This document shows, in pieces, positions 40,615-50,650 of a DNA stretch of 64,000 nucleotides; the stretch's first letter is position 1, and each line of letters opens with the position of its first letter. The position numbers were made by a program, and so were the translations under genes. Under the pieces are notes generated by a model. The model was not told the DNA's origin. It was given only the letters and a program-made list of their open reading frames with translations, and did no database searches. Origin of the DNA: Candidatus Latescibacterota bacterium (GTDB taxonomy: Bacteria; Latescibacterota; UBA2968; UBA8231); the NCBI GenBank assembly GCA_965243025.1, contig CBDETY010000003.1, positions 5,440,001 to 5,504,000 on the forward strand, read 5' to 3'.

Positions 40615-41805
40615 ATGGCGATGGTAAAGTTTCCGGAGATGGGCACCGGCGTGCTGGGGGGCGTCGATCCACCGGGCGAAGAGGAGCTCTCCCGGATGCA
40701 GGCCGGCTCCTACGTCCTTCACGCCCGCGACGGGGAGATCGGGCGCGTACCGGCCGAACGCATCAGGTTGCCCCACGATCCCGGAGGCCACCCCCAGGGG
40801 GCTAACGTTGCAATGGCCGCCGACGGCACCGTCTACGTGGCCATGTCGGACAAGATCTGCAAGTCCACCGACGGCGGGCGCAGCTGGCAGGCCGTCGAGC
40901 ACCGGGAGCCGCGTCTCGGCCATTTCAACACCCACTGCGGCTCGGCCCCGGCGGTCCTGGAAAACGGCGCCCTTCTGGCCGTATCCGAAAAGGGGGAGGC
41001 GGCCGACCCGCTGATCGTCCTCCGGTCCGAGGACGAGGGGCGGAGCTGGGATGAAGCATCGAGGATCGAGATCGGATTCAACCAGACCAGCAGGTCGGTC
41101 TACAAGCTGTTCCATCTCGGCGGCGACGCCGTCCTCTGTCCGGTCCAGTGCAGCGACGTCACCTACGCCGACGACCGGAACAGTGTGTACGCCGCCGGCA
41201 AGGCCAGGCTTCTGGTCTACCGCTCGGAAGACGGCGGCAGCACGTGGCAGGAGCCGGCGCAGGTCTGTCTGTGGAGCGGGGAACCCGGCCTCGGCCGCAT
41301 GGCTTCCGGAAGGATTCTGGCCGTGGTCCGGCACCAGCGGGCCAGGCTGCCGGAGGACCCGGAGGGCCTCGAAGACATCACGGGAGCGACCCGCATCGAT
41401 CCCACCCGGCCTTACAAGCACATCTTCCTGGCCGACTCCGACGACGACGGGCACACCTGGAAACGGTTCCGGCAGCTGACAACCGGGTTCGGGCAGTGTT
41501 ACGGCTTCCCTGCCGGCCTCAGCGACGGACGGGTCGCCGTCATGCACGACACCCGCTACGGCCCCGGGCCCCAGGGCGGCAGGGCGATGATCAGTCTGGA
41601 CGAAGGAGCCAGCTGGGAGAACGAGACCTACTACGTGTGGCGCGGAGCGGCGGCCAGCGGCTACAGCCAGAGCGTCGTCTTCGACGACGACACGATCCTG
41701 ACGGTGGCCGGCTCCAGCGACCGCCGGGATGCGGACAGGAGAAACTGGAACACTTGGTCGGGGCACAGCTGCGTCACGGCCATCCGCTGGCGGCTGGAAG
41801 ACTGA
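40615..41805 (+). CDS. BNR/Asp-box (sialidase-like) beta-propeller protein
   Basis: Five SxDxGxxW Asp-boxes. Confidence 0.85.
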   Translation: MAMVKFPEMGTGVLGGVDPPGEEELSRMQAGSYVLHARDGEIGRVPAERIRLPHDPGGHPQGANVAMAADGTVYVAMSDKICKSTDGGRSWQAVEHREPRLGHFNTHCGSAPAVLENGALLAVSEKGEAADPLIVLRSEDEGRSWDEASRIEIGFNQTSRSVYKLFHLGGDAVLCPVQCSDVTYADDRNSVYAAGKARLLVYRSEDGGSTWQEPAQVCLWSGEPGLGRMASGRILAVVRHQRARLPEDPEGLEDITGATRIDPTRPYKHIFLADSDDDGHTWKRFRQLTTGFGQCYGFPAGLSDGRVAVMHDTRYGPGPQGGRAMISLDEGASWENETYYVWRGAAASGYSQSVVFDDDTILTVAGSSDRRDADRRNWNTWSGHSCVTAIRWRLED

Positions 41806-41834
41806 CGACTCACGGCGCGGAGGCGACTGGATAA

Positions 41835-43442
41835 ATGAGCTATCAGGCGAAAGACCCGGAGCAGTACCGCATCATCTTCCACCAGGATGCCGTCGGTCCC
41901 CTGCGTTGCGCCGACGGGGCGGAGATTACGCCCGAACTGTTGCGCGAGTTTTCGGTCGCGCAGTTCGAACATCTTCCCGTCGACGTGTACGCCTGTTGCG
42001 CCAATCACGCCAGCGGCGTCGACTACCGCAGCAAGGTGGCCCCCTGGAAGCTGAGCACACCCGGCCATTTCCGGGGTCAGGTCGACGTGCGCGTCATGGA
42101 CCGGCTGAAGGCTCTCTCCGCCGCCGGCACCGATCCGCAGGAGATCTACTGCGAGGCCGCCCACGAAGCCGGGATCGACTACATGGCCCGGCTGCGCATG
42201 AACGACCTGCACGATGCGGTGGGCATGGCGCTGGGCGTGGACAAACCCAACCACCGCCCCACCGACAGCACGGGGCACGTGGTATTCTACACCAACCAGT
42301 GGAAGCTCGATCACCCGGAATACCTCATCGGCGATCCGGGCGACGACACCCCGGTCAACAGTTTCAACTTCTATCAGCGCTGCGCCATGAACTACGCCCT
42401 GGGGCCGGTCCGCGAGCACATCTTCGACATGGCCGCGGAGCTGGCGACAGGGTACGACCTGGACATTCTCGAGCTGGACTTCATCCGCTTCACCTTCTGC
42501 TTTCACCAGTCGGAAGCCTGGGCCCAGCGCCACGTCCTGACCGGACTGATTCGCCGGATCCGCGAGCTCTGCGACAGCCAGGGGCAGTCCCGGGGCCGCC
42601 CGCTGCGGCTTTCGGCCCGGGTGCCCGATACGCTGGAGCTGGGATTGCGCGCCGGAATCGACACGGAGACCTGGCTGGCCGAGGGACTGCTGGACATGAT
42701 CTCCATCGGCGGCGGGTACTCCGAGTTCGGCACGCCGTGGGAAGAGATCACCGACCTGGCGCGGGCATCCGGAGTACCGGCCTTCGCCTGCCTCAACAGG
42801 GTCGGCGCCGCCAGCAGGCGGAACATCCCGAGAATCAGGGCGGCGGCCCATCGCGCCCACGCAGCAGGGGTGACGGGTCTGAAGCTGTGGAACTTCTTCT
42901 ACCACCTGCCGTACTACAACCCGCCCGATGCGGCGGATGCGAACGTCGATTTCTTCGCGGACCTCGCCGACCCGGCGACCCTTCCGCAGAAGGAGTTGAC
43001 CTACTCGGCGGATCCCTGCTTGGACCCCGACTCGCTGGTGGGACCAGCCCATTTTCACAACGCCTGGAGCGGTCAGCTGCCGATGACGATCGGCCTCTCG
43101 AGGGACGGAATCGGCCAGACCGTCACTTTCGACATCCCGGACGAGGGCGCGGGACGCCGGCCCGACGACCGGGCGAAGTTGACGCTGCTGGTCTCGAACT
43201 TCTGGGTCCACGACGACCGGCTCGAGCTGCGCTGGAACGGGCAACCCATCGACGGCGTCGAGTACGAACTCAGGCGCACCTCCGAAGCGGAGATGTACCG
43301 GCTGACCTGCACCGTCGACTGCGGGTCCATAAGGGCCGGCGAAAACGCGTTGGAAATCCGTCTGGTGGAACGCGATTCCCGCCTCGACCCGTTCATCGCT
43401 CTTCGCGAGGCTGACCTGACGATACCAGAAGCCGGGGCATAG
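41835..43442 (+). CDS. GHL10-like TIM-barrel protein
   Basis: LRMNDLH, HPEY, YDLDILELDFIR, ARVP. Confidence 0.7.
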   Translation: MSYQAKDPEQYRIIFHQDAVGPLRCADGAEITPELLREFSVAQFEHLPVDVYACCANHASGVDYRSKVAPWKLSTPGHFRGQVDVRVMDRLKALSAAGTDPQEIYCEAAHEAGIDYMARLRMNDLHDAVGMALGVDKPNHRPTDSTGHVVFYTNQWKLDHPEYLIGDPGDDTPVNSFNFYQRCAMNYALGPVREHIFDMAAELATGYDLDILELDFIRFTFCFHQSEAWAQRHVLTGLIRRIRELCDSQGQSRGRPLRLSARVPDTLELGLRAGIDTETWLAEGLLDMISIGGGYSEFGTPWEEITDLARASGVPAFACLNRVGAASRRNIPRIRAAAHRAHAAGVTGLKLWNFFYHLPYYNPPDAADANVDFFADLADPATLPQKELTYSADPCLDPDSLVGPAHFHNAWSGQLPMTIGLSRDGIGQTVTFDIPDEGAGRRPDDRAKLTLLVSNFWVHDDRLELRWNGQPIDGVEYELRRTSEAEMYRLTCTVDCGSIRAGENALEIRLVERDSRLDPFIALREADLTIPEAGA

Positions 43443-43640
43443 GCTCAGCCGACCCTGGTCCGCACCGGGGCTGAGGCCGCGGCCGCCACCCCGAGTAGAG
43501 CCTGAGCGGTAAAGCGAGCGTACGAACCAGGGCGTCGATTCCCCCGTCTCGCAAGGCGCCTGAGTGAGTCGTACCGGGGGTGCAGCGGCGATTCGACTCG
43601 CGCGGATTGCGCGCGCAGGCACCCGCAGCGTCAAGTCGCC

Positions 43641-45188
43641 TCAGCGCTGTGCGTCGGCGTGGGAGACGGTGATCTCCACGTTCCTGAGTCGGGGGATGCT
43701 GCCGTCAGAAGGGTCGCCGGAGCGGTGGCGGATCTCCAGTTCGTTGCGGCCGCTTTTCAGAGGCGGCGCCTCGAGGTCGTGCTGCAGTCCGACGTCCGCA
43801 TGCATCGTCGGCCACTTCGGTCCGCCCCCTGTCGTGAAGGTTCGTCCGCTCGACCAGGAAAGCACCGTGCCGTTCAGAACGACGTCGATCTCGTCGTTCG
43901 GGCCGTTCCCCTCGATCGTCAGCGAGAAAACGCACTTTCCCAGAGTCCCGGCCGCAGCTGCGGTCTCGACCTTGTCCGGGACGTCGATGAAGACGGCGGG
44001 CCAGGACTGTCCCGGGGTCTGACGGAGGGCAACCGGAAGTTGCGCCGGCGGCACGGCGTTGCGGAAGGCCCCGCCGTGCCCCGGGTACGCAATGCGGTCG
44101 GCGTGGTCGGCTTCGTACCGTTTCGTCGCGGTCGCCAGCCCCTCCCTGTCGGCAAGCTGCGGCAGCATCCGCCTGATCCACTGCGGCGGCATGGTGTAGT
44201 AGTTGTAGAGGTATATCCCGTCGACGCCGGCCTGCCAGTGCCTGTAGGCCGCTCCCTTCAGCGGTTCGTCCTCGAAGAGCGGCCGCAGCGCCTCCAGGCA
44301 GCCGTAGACCTGGCACCCGGTTCCTTGAGCAGCGACGACGAACTCGCGAATCGGAATCTCGAAGGGTATCCATCCGACTCCTGCCACGACCGTATCGACG
44401 AGCCCCTCCGACATCCAGCAGCGCACGTCGAGCCCGAGGTTCTCGCTTCTGCTCAGCGTCGGGGGAACGCGTACGGCGAGCTGCAGGCGACGCCCTCGCT
44501 CGGCGCCGATTTCGTCCAGCCGCCCCCGCACGCGGCGGACGAGGTCGGTCATGAGATGCCGGTTCTCGCAGGCCTCCTCCCGCCGGAACACCCCGGGGTG
44601 GCGGTTGAAGTCCATCTCCACGCCGTCCACGTCGAAGCGCTCGAAGGTCTCGGCAATTATCGAGTACATGTACTCCCGGACTTCCGGGTGGGCGAAGTCC
44701 TTGCCGGTCCTGATGTCCCATTCGATCGTGCCTTCCGGAATCTCCTCGCCGGGCCGCCCGATCAGGAGATGGGGGTTGTCCTGCCGGTAGCGCCCGTACT
44801 CGGGCGCATAGTGGTCGATGTCCGGCGGCCCGAGGTAGGCGTAATGGCTGTTCATGCGGACCCGCGGCAGAAACTCGATACCCGCTTCCCTGCAAAGACT
44901 CGAGAGCACCGTCAGCGGGCCCCCGTGATTCGCGGTCAGGTAGCGGAGGTTTTCCGCCTTCCGGCGGGAGCCCTCCAGGAGCTCGGACGGGTCGTAGCCG
45001 TCACCCATGCGCTCGCCGATTGCGGTCTCGTGGTGATAGACCTCGTGGTCGCCGACAGACCACCAGAGCGCGGCGGACATGCCCTTCAGCGGCTCGATCA
45101 TCCTTTCCCGGATGATCTCCGGGGTGACCGGCGGCTCGACGCCCATGATCCACGCATCGTCGGTGAAGATGATCGGACGGTCGGTCAT
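43641..45188 (-). CDS. GHL10-like TIM-barrel protein
   Basis: VRMNSH, DFAHPEVR, FDVDGVEMDFNR, GVDGIYLYN. Confidence 0.7.
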   Translation of the reverse strand: MTDRPIIFTDDAWIMGVEPPVTPEIIRERMIEPLKGMSAALWWSVGDHEVYHHETAIGERMGDGYDPSELLEGSRRKAENLRYLTANHGGPLTVLSSLCREAGIEFLPRVRMNSHYAYLGPPDIDHYAPEYGRYRQDNPHLLIGRPGEEIPEGTIEWDIRTGKDFAHPEVREYMYSIIAETFERFDVDGVEMDFNRHPGVFRREEACENRHLMTDLVRRVRGRLDEIGAERGRRLQLAVRVPPTLSRSENLGLDVRCWMSEGLVDTVVAGVGWIPFEIPIREFVVAAQGTGCQVYGCLEALRPLFEDEPLKGAAYRHWQAGVDGIYLYNYYTMPPQWIRRMLPQLADREGLATATKRYEADHADRIAYPGHGGAFRNAVPPAQLPVALRQTPGQSWPAVFIDVPDKVETAAAAGTLGKCVFSLTIEGNGPNDEIDVVLNGTVLSWSSGRTFTTGGGPKWPTMHADVGLQHDLEAPPLKSGRNELEIRHRSGDPSDGSIPRLRNVEITVSHADAQR

Positions 45189-45472
45189 TCCCGGCTCCCC
45201 GGGTCGGCTCGGTGCTGTTCCGGAGAGATTCCTGCAGAACAGCGGATGTCTGCGAAAACAGGCTCCACATCTGCGGCCATTTCAAACCTCCCTCAAGGAC
45301 TCTGGTTCACTGTTTGTTCTTTTACCTATTGTCTGGGCATGCAGTCAAGGAGCGACTCCGGTCCGCTTGATGGTTCAGGGTTTTGACTCGCCATCCACCT
45401 GCTCGTCTTCGTCGGCAAGTATCTCCGGGGTCGAACCCTGGCGTTGATTGTCCGTGAACTGATGCTCGCTCG

Positions 45473-46972
45473 ATGGCCCGGCTCGCCAACGTAAATACCA
45501 CCGACATCGCCTCCGCGGTCACCCTGGCCTGTCGCCGCATGCACCGGGCGGAGGTGACCGACCTCCACAACGGCGGCCGCTACCTCAACGCCCTGCTTCA
45601 CGCCGAGGATCTGCTCGGCGTGGAGGTCGACGAGGAATACGTCGACCGGCTCGCGGTGGTGATGTTCGATGCCTACAGCGCTTCCCTGCCGCTGCCGGCC
45701 AGCCGTCCGCGCGGCGATACCTCGCCGACGCCGTCGCTGTTCGATCCTCACAACACGCGGGAGGGGTTGCACGGACTGTACGCCCTGGTCCGCTACCGCG
45801 GCAGCGCCCGCGCCCTGGAGCTGGCCGAGGCCTCGATCGCCGCGGTGTTCGAGTACTGGGACGCGGACTCGGGATGGGACGGCGAACGAATGCTGCGCGA
45901 ACACGGGATGGAGCTGGGATTTGCCGACACCTGCATCCGCGGCGCCGCCCGCGCCATCGGGCCGCTGGTAAAACTGTATCGGGCTTCGGGCAGCGCCCCC
46001 GCTCTCGATCTGGCGATCGCCCTGAAGGAGAAGGCGGTTGCACAGTTCTACACGGAAGATGGGGAATTCGACGGCGCCCTGTTCGGCCATCACGTCCATT
46101 CGACGACGTCGACGCTGTCGGGGTTGGCCCTGCTCGCGGACCTGACCGGCGACTCCACCCTGATGAGCCGGGTGAAAGCTTTCTACGACCATGGCCTGTG
46201 GGCGCTCCGGGACGAAGTCGGATGGGCGATCGAGACCGTGATGCCGGAAGACAACCCGGACAGCGGCGAAACCAACAGCTCGGGCGACATCCTCGAAACC
46301 GCCCTGATCCTGGCGAAACGTGGTCACTCCGAATACTACCACGACGCCGAACGGATCCTGCGCTGCCACCTGTTGCCGTCGCAGCTCAGGGACGCGCGCT
46401 TTCTCGTCGAACGCGCCGCGCCGGACAAGGTCGAGGAGACCCGCCGGTGGGCGGACTCGCTGCTCGGCGCTTACGGCTTCCCGGCGCCGTACGGACACGA
46501 TCCGGTGGGCAACAGACTGGGCATCCGCTTCAACCTCGACGTGGTGGGGGGCACCGCCGATTCCCTCTGTTTCGCCTGTTCCCACCTGTCGACACCGGGT
46601 GATTCCGGATGCCGGGTCAACCTGCTGTTCGATTGCGAAACCGACTTCGTGCGCGTCGAATCCGCTTATTCCGGAAAGGGGCTGAAGGTCACCCCAAAGC
46701 GGCCGGGCCCGCTTTCCGTCCGCCTGCCGCCTTGGGCCAACGCCGGGGAGATCGGGTTCGACGGACCGGATGACGTGGAATGGAACGATGGATACCTGGT
46801 CTTCGCGAAGCCGGCCGTCGACCGCCCCATCCCGATCGGCTACACCCTGGTCCGCAGCGAGATCGCCATGCGCCACCGCACGCGTACGATCCGCGTCCGT
46901 CTGCGCGGCGATGCGGTGGAGGCCATGGACAACTTTGGCCAGGACCTCACTTACTTCGAGCCGATCGCATGA
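45473..46972 (+). CDS. GH127/beta-L-arabinofuranosidase-like alpha-barrel protein
   Basis: GE.N...D..E.AL, AERILRCHL, VNLLF, VRLPPWA. Confidence 0.55.
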   Translation: MARLANVNTTDIASAVTLACRRMHRAEVTDLHNGGRYLNALLHAEDLLGVEVDEEYVDRLAVVMFDAYSASLPLPASRPRGDTSPTPSLFDPHNTREGLHGLYALVRYRGSARALELAEASIAAVFEYWDADSGWDGERMLREHGMELGFADTCIRGAARAIGPLVKLYRASGSAPALDLAIALKEKAVAQFYTEDGEFDGALFGHHVHSTTSTLSGLALLADLTGDSTLMSRVKAFYDHGLWALRDEVGWAIETVMPEDNPDSGETNSSGDILETALILAKRGHSEYYHDAERILRCHLLPSQLRDARFLVERAAPDKVEETRRWADSLLGAYGFPAPYGHDPVGNRLGIRFNLDVVGGTADSLCFACSHLSTPGDSGCRVNLLFDCETDFVRVESAYSGKGLKVTPKRPGPLSVRLPPWANAGEIGFDGPDDVEWNDGYLVFAKPAVDRPIPIGYTLVRSEIAMRHRTRTIRVRLRGDAVEAMDNFGQDLTYFEPIA

Positions 46973-47239
46973 CGATGCGGTCGCCCCTCCGTCGAACCCG
47001 GCATCGGCTTTGCGATCCTCGTGGGCGAAAGCGATGACGAATACAGCTGGGGCACCCTGACGCCTGAAGCAGTCCAGACTGAAGACCCGGAACTGGACAT
47101 ACTGTCCCATTACCGGGCGGATGTCTACCTGGACGGGCTGCTGCTGCCGGCCACCGCGGCCGAACCGATAGAAGATACTGCGGTCGAGTCGGTTTCCTGG
47201 GGGCGGATCAAGGCCGCCCTGGAGATGGAGCAGCCGTAA
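46973..47239 (+). pseudogene. C-terminal remnant of a secreted protein ending in AVE..SWGRIK
   Basis: IGFAILV..SD...AD..LD.LLLP...TAVESVSWGRIKAAL, similar to the end of 21503-22420. Confidence 0.7.
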
Positions 47240-47401
47240 CCGCCATTCTCCATTCGTCCAGAACTCCGGGTATCGTCAACCAACCCTTGACGTCGAGAGG
47301 TTTTTCTGCTCCGGGGTCAGCAGGATCACCGGATCCCCGTCGGCATTGGTGTGCGGCGCAGGTCGCCTGGATCGTCATCCGTCGGCGGTCCGGTTCAGGT
47401 C

Positions 47402-48139
47402 TCAACCTTGCGGGCTCAGGTACTTGAACCCGTACACGCGACTGAAGCCCAGCCGCTCGTACAGTCTTCTGGCGCCCGGGTTCGACTCGGCGACCGGAAT
47501 GAAAGGGGTGCGAGCCCCTGCGCGCCTGCCCAGAGCAAGCAGCCCCTGGATCAGCCGCGTCCCGAGGCCCCGGCTCCGGAGTTCCGGCGTCGTCCACAGT
47601 TCCGCAAGCTGATAGAGATCTCCCTGCTGGACCGCCCGGCCGTAGCTGGACGGCGCGCCTTGGTGTTCGACATAGCCGTACCAGGCCGGCAGCGCAATGC
47701 GTGAAAGGGGTCCGCGCTTCATCGCGATCGCCTCGTCATCCTGGTCGGGATCGACATCGTGGATCGCCGCCAGCCACCCTTCGAGGTCGACCTCCGTAAT
47801 CCTTGTCTCGACGTCCGAAAACGTGTCCATCGCCAGGAGATGGTTCGGGTTGTCGACGGCGTAGCCGCGGTGCAACAGCGCGTCTTCGATCGCGGCGCAC
47901 GACTCCCCGTCGGTGAGCCTGAAATGGCACACGAGCCCTCGATCGGCATACTGCTTCTCACAGAACGCAACCTTGGCTTCTACGGGATCGGTGCCGGGAT
48001 AAAGCGGCCAGACGGCGTTGGGATTCCTGCTCTTGCCGGGGTTGAAGCGGAGCAGCCACCCGTCGTAAAGCATACTGTCTTCCGGGGGAAGCATGTTGGC
48101 CATGGCCTCCTCCAGCTTCAGGGGGTTTGGCTCTGACAT
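47402..48139 (-). CDS. GNAT N-acetyltransferase
   Basis: DGWLLRF, RSRGLG, N..ARRLYERLGF. Confidence 0.9.
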   Translation of the reverse strand: MSEPNPLKLEEAMANMLPPEDSMLYDGWLLRFNPGKSRNPNAVWPLYPGTDPVEAKVAFCEKQYADRGLVCHFRLTDGESCAAIEDALLHRGYAVDNPNHLLAMDTFSDVETRITEVDLEGWLAAIHDVDPDQDDEAIAMKRGPLSRIALPAWYGYVEHQGAPSSYGRAVQQGDLYQLAELWTTPELRSRGLGTRLIQGLLALGRRAGARTPFIPVAESNPGARRLYERLGFSRVYGFKYLSPQG

Positions 48140-48344
48140 TCTCGCACTCGCGGGAGTCGGGCTGAAGGTCGGAGCGGCGTTTCACCATGACGGAATTCGT
48201 CGCGACGATGAAGTCGGAGTCCAATTCCCAACACGCTGCTCAACCCTTCCGGTACTGCGGCGCCGTTGCCCGCCGCGCCGGCAACCTCCCCGTAAATGTC
48301 CCGGCGGCGGCCCGGGCTGATCCGGTCCGGGCATCGGGCCGGCA

Positions 48345-49091
48345 TCAGGGGTTGTCCGAGGTGGCGTTGGCGGCGTTTGCGTGGGAATTCCAGCCGCGCA
48401 GCACGAGGTTTTCGAAGGGCTGGTTGTGGTTCTCGCGGCGGTCCCGGCCCGAGAACATCCTGACGTGGACGATCTTCCTGGGCTCGTCAACCTCGTTGGA
48501 CTTCGAGCCGTGGACGAGGCGGTAGTGGAAGAAGAGGACGTCGCCGGCCTCTCCTTCGATCACCAGCCCGTCTTCGAGGGGGAATCTCCGGTTGAAGTCT
48601 TCGTCCGAGGTGCGGGCGTTCTCGATCCGCGTGCGATGACTGCCCGGGTAGATGCGCAGGGCGCCCATAGAGGCGGTGACCCTGGCGACGTGGATCATCC
48701 CGGCGACCATGGTGTCCTTCTCCATCGGCCCGTAGATCCAGTCCTGGTGCATTCGGAAGGGGCCGACGACGTCGGCCTTTCTCTTTTCGTACAGGCTCGT
48801 GCGCTGCAGGACGATATCAGGCCCGATGAACTGTTCGGCGAGATCGAGGAACGGCTTGTGCAGCAATCCGTGGGTAAGCCAGAAGGCCGAGTATTTCTGG
48901 ACGTTGTATGTCGAGACGATGCCGTTGTCCTCTGCCGCATTGGGTCCCGCGCCGGGCCCGCCGCTCCCGGCGACCTGATGGACAATGCGGTCGAACTCCT
49001 CCCGGAGCGGGCCGATTTCCCGTTGTGAATAGACGCCGCGCGCCAGGTAGTATCCGTTTTCCTCGAAGAAGCCGCGGGCATCGGTTTCCAT
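48345..49091 (-). CDS. PhyH-family dioxygenase
   Basis: FEENGY, MHQD, PGSH, VHGS..N. Confidence 0.9.
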   Translation of the reverse strand: METDARGFFEENGYYLARGVYSQREIGPLREEFDRIVHQVAGSGGPGAGPNAAEDNGIVSTYNVQKYSAFWLTHGLLHKPFLDLAEQFIGPDIVLQRTSLYEKRKADVVGPFRMHQDWIYGPMEKDTMVAGMIHVARVTASMGALRIYPGSHRTRIENARTSDEDFNRRFPLEDGLVIEGEAGDVLFFHYRLVHGSKSNEVDEPRKIVHVRMFSGRDRRENHNQPFENLVLRGWNSHANAANATSDNP

Positions 49092-49109
49092 TTCAAGGTG
49101 CTCCCGTTG

Positions 49110-50579
49110 TCATCGGTTTGAAGGAACCCGGTCGTAGCGAATGCTCAGCATGAGGTCGTGAATCGTAACAGATGCGGCCATCCCCGCTGCCAGGGTCATC
49201 GCAACCTTGTTCATCCCCCGGCGTATCAGCTGGCAGGGAACCTCGATTTGCAGTCCCTCGCGCAAAATGCCGCCGCTCAGGGGCGTGCCATTGAGAGCCA
49301 CATGGACGTCCCCAACGTCCGAGAGGTTCTCCACAAGGAGTTGCAGTCGGGCATGCGGGCGACTGCCGGGAGCGGTTCCACCCTGGAAGTTTTCTCCGGC
49401 GGCAAAGGGGATTTCAAGTGTCTGCCCGGTTCCGAGCACTTCCGGCCGGTCCGGGGAGAGCGTCGGCAGACGCAGAAAGCGCTCCCCGTCCTTCAGCGAC
49501 AGGCGCGGCCGGGAGACGCCCCAGAATCCCAATACGTTGGCGTAGAAGTCCTTGTCGAGACCTTCCAGGGTTTCCCGGTCCCCGACTTCCCTCCAGAGCG
49601 AAAGATGGGGATCGAAAAAGTTGAACATATAGACGCCGTCTACGCCGGAATTCCAGGCAACGACCGCACGGCCCCGGTAGGACTCGATGCTGTTGCGGTC
49701 CTTCGCCTCGTGCCTTCCCTCGCCGTTACTCTGTATCGCCCCCAGCCCGTTGGTCCACGAGTTGTTCAGGCAGGCGTGGACGGGCACGTCGTACTCGTGG
49801 CCGAGTTCTGCCATGTGCTCCCAGGGCGCCAGGGGAAAATCGCCCCCGGCCACCAGCAGGTCGACAAGATCCTCGGACAACCACCTCTCCAGGTCCACAC
49901 CGATCGCCCGGCAATACCCGAGGGACTCGGGCACGCGGACCGCCAGGAGCATGGGTCGGGCACGGTCCGTGCCTGTCATGTCGGCCATCGCGCGAATCCG
50001 CCGGAGCAGTCCGGTCATCGCATCCAGCTGCGCCTGCTCCAGGGGTTGGCCCCAGGCATGCCGCCTGAAGAACACCGGGTGCCGGAAGAAGTCCAGCTCG
50101 ATGCCGTCCAGGTCATAGCGCTGGCAGATCTCCCGGACTTCACCGAAGGCTCGTTCCGGCGCCACCGGCTGACTGTAATCGACTCCGAACCAGGCGCCGT
50201 ACGGAGGCTCGTTCTCCCGGGTGCCGAACAGGCATTCGGGATGGTCCCGATGGAACCTCGACGGGTTGTGGATGTCGTTCATCCGGAACGAGCAGAAAAT
50301 CTCGATCCCGGCGCCGCGACAGAACTCCACCATCGTTTCCAGGGGATCGATTCGAAACCCGCGTCCGGCCCATCGCACTCCGTGGAACAGTTTCACTGCG
50401 TTGTAGAAGACCGCATCCACCTGCGACCCGGCAAGCGCCGACGTACGCAAATCGAGCAAGGCCTCTCGCGTCTGCGCTGCGGCCCGGTCGATATCTCCGC
50501 CGTCATTGTTGAAAATGATGCGCCGCTTCCGGTGCCTGGCCTGCTTTCGCTGTTGTCGGATATGCGCTGCCCCGGGCAT
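49110..50579 (-). CDS. GHL10-like TIM-barrel protein
   Basis: RRIIFNNDG, FRMNDIH, YDLDGIELDFFRH, GVDGVYMFN. Confidence 0.75.
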   Translation of the reverse strand: MPGAAHIRQQRKQARHRKRRIIFNNDGGDIDRAAAQTREALLDLRTSALAGSQVDAVFYNAVKLFHGVRWAGRGFRIDPLETMVEFCRGAGIEIFCSFRMNDIHNPSRFHRDHPECLFGTRENEPPYGAWFGVDYSQPVAPERAFGEVREICQRYDLDGIELDFFRHPVFFRRHAWGQPLEQAQLDAMTGLLRRIRAMADMTGTDRARPMLLAVRVPESLGYCRAIGVDLERWLSEDLVDLLVAGGDFPLAPWEHMAELGHEYDVPVHACLNNSWTNGLGAIQSNGEGRHEAKDRNSIESYRGRAVVAWNSGVDGVYMFNFFDPHLSLWREVGDRETLEGLDKDFYANVLGFWGVSRPRLSLKDGERFLRLPTLSPDRPEVLGTGQTLEIPFAAGENFQGGTAPGSRPHARLQLLVENLSDVGDVHVALNGTPLSGGILREGLQIEVPCQLIRRGMNKVAMTLAAGMAASVTIHDLMLSIRYDRVPSNR

Positions 50580-50650
50580 TTCAGGTCTCCACAACGCGGG
50601 CACTCAGTGGCAGTCGAAGGTGAACACTGGTGCGAGCAATTGGACTATCC

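Noticed and set aside
43480-43560. tRNA-like GTCGATTCCC stretch
   Set aside because: No GTTC T-loop or complete cloverleaf; lies between convergent genes
39202-47110. Very long antisense or alternate-frame ORFs (854, 657, 575, 594 aa)
   Set aside because: Shadows of real genes in high-GC DNA; no recognisable motifs
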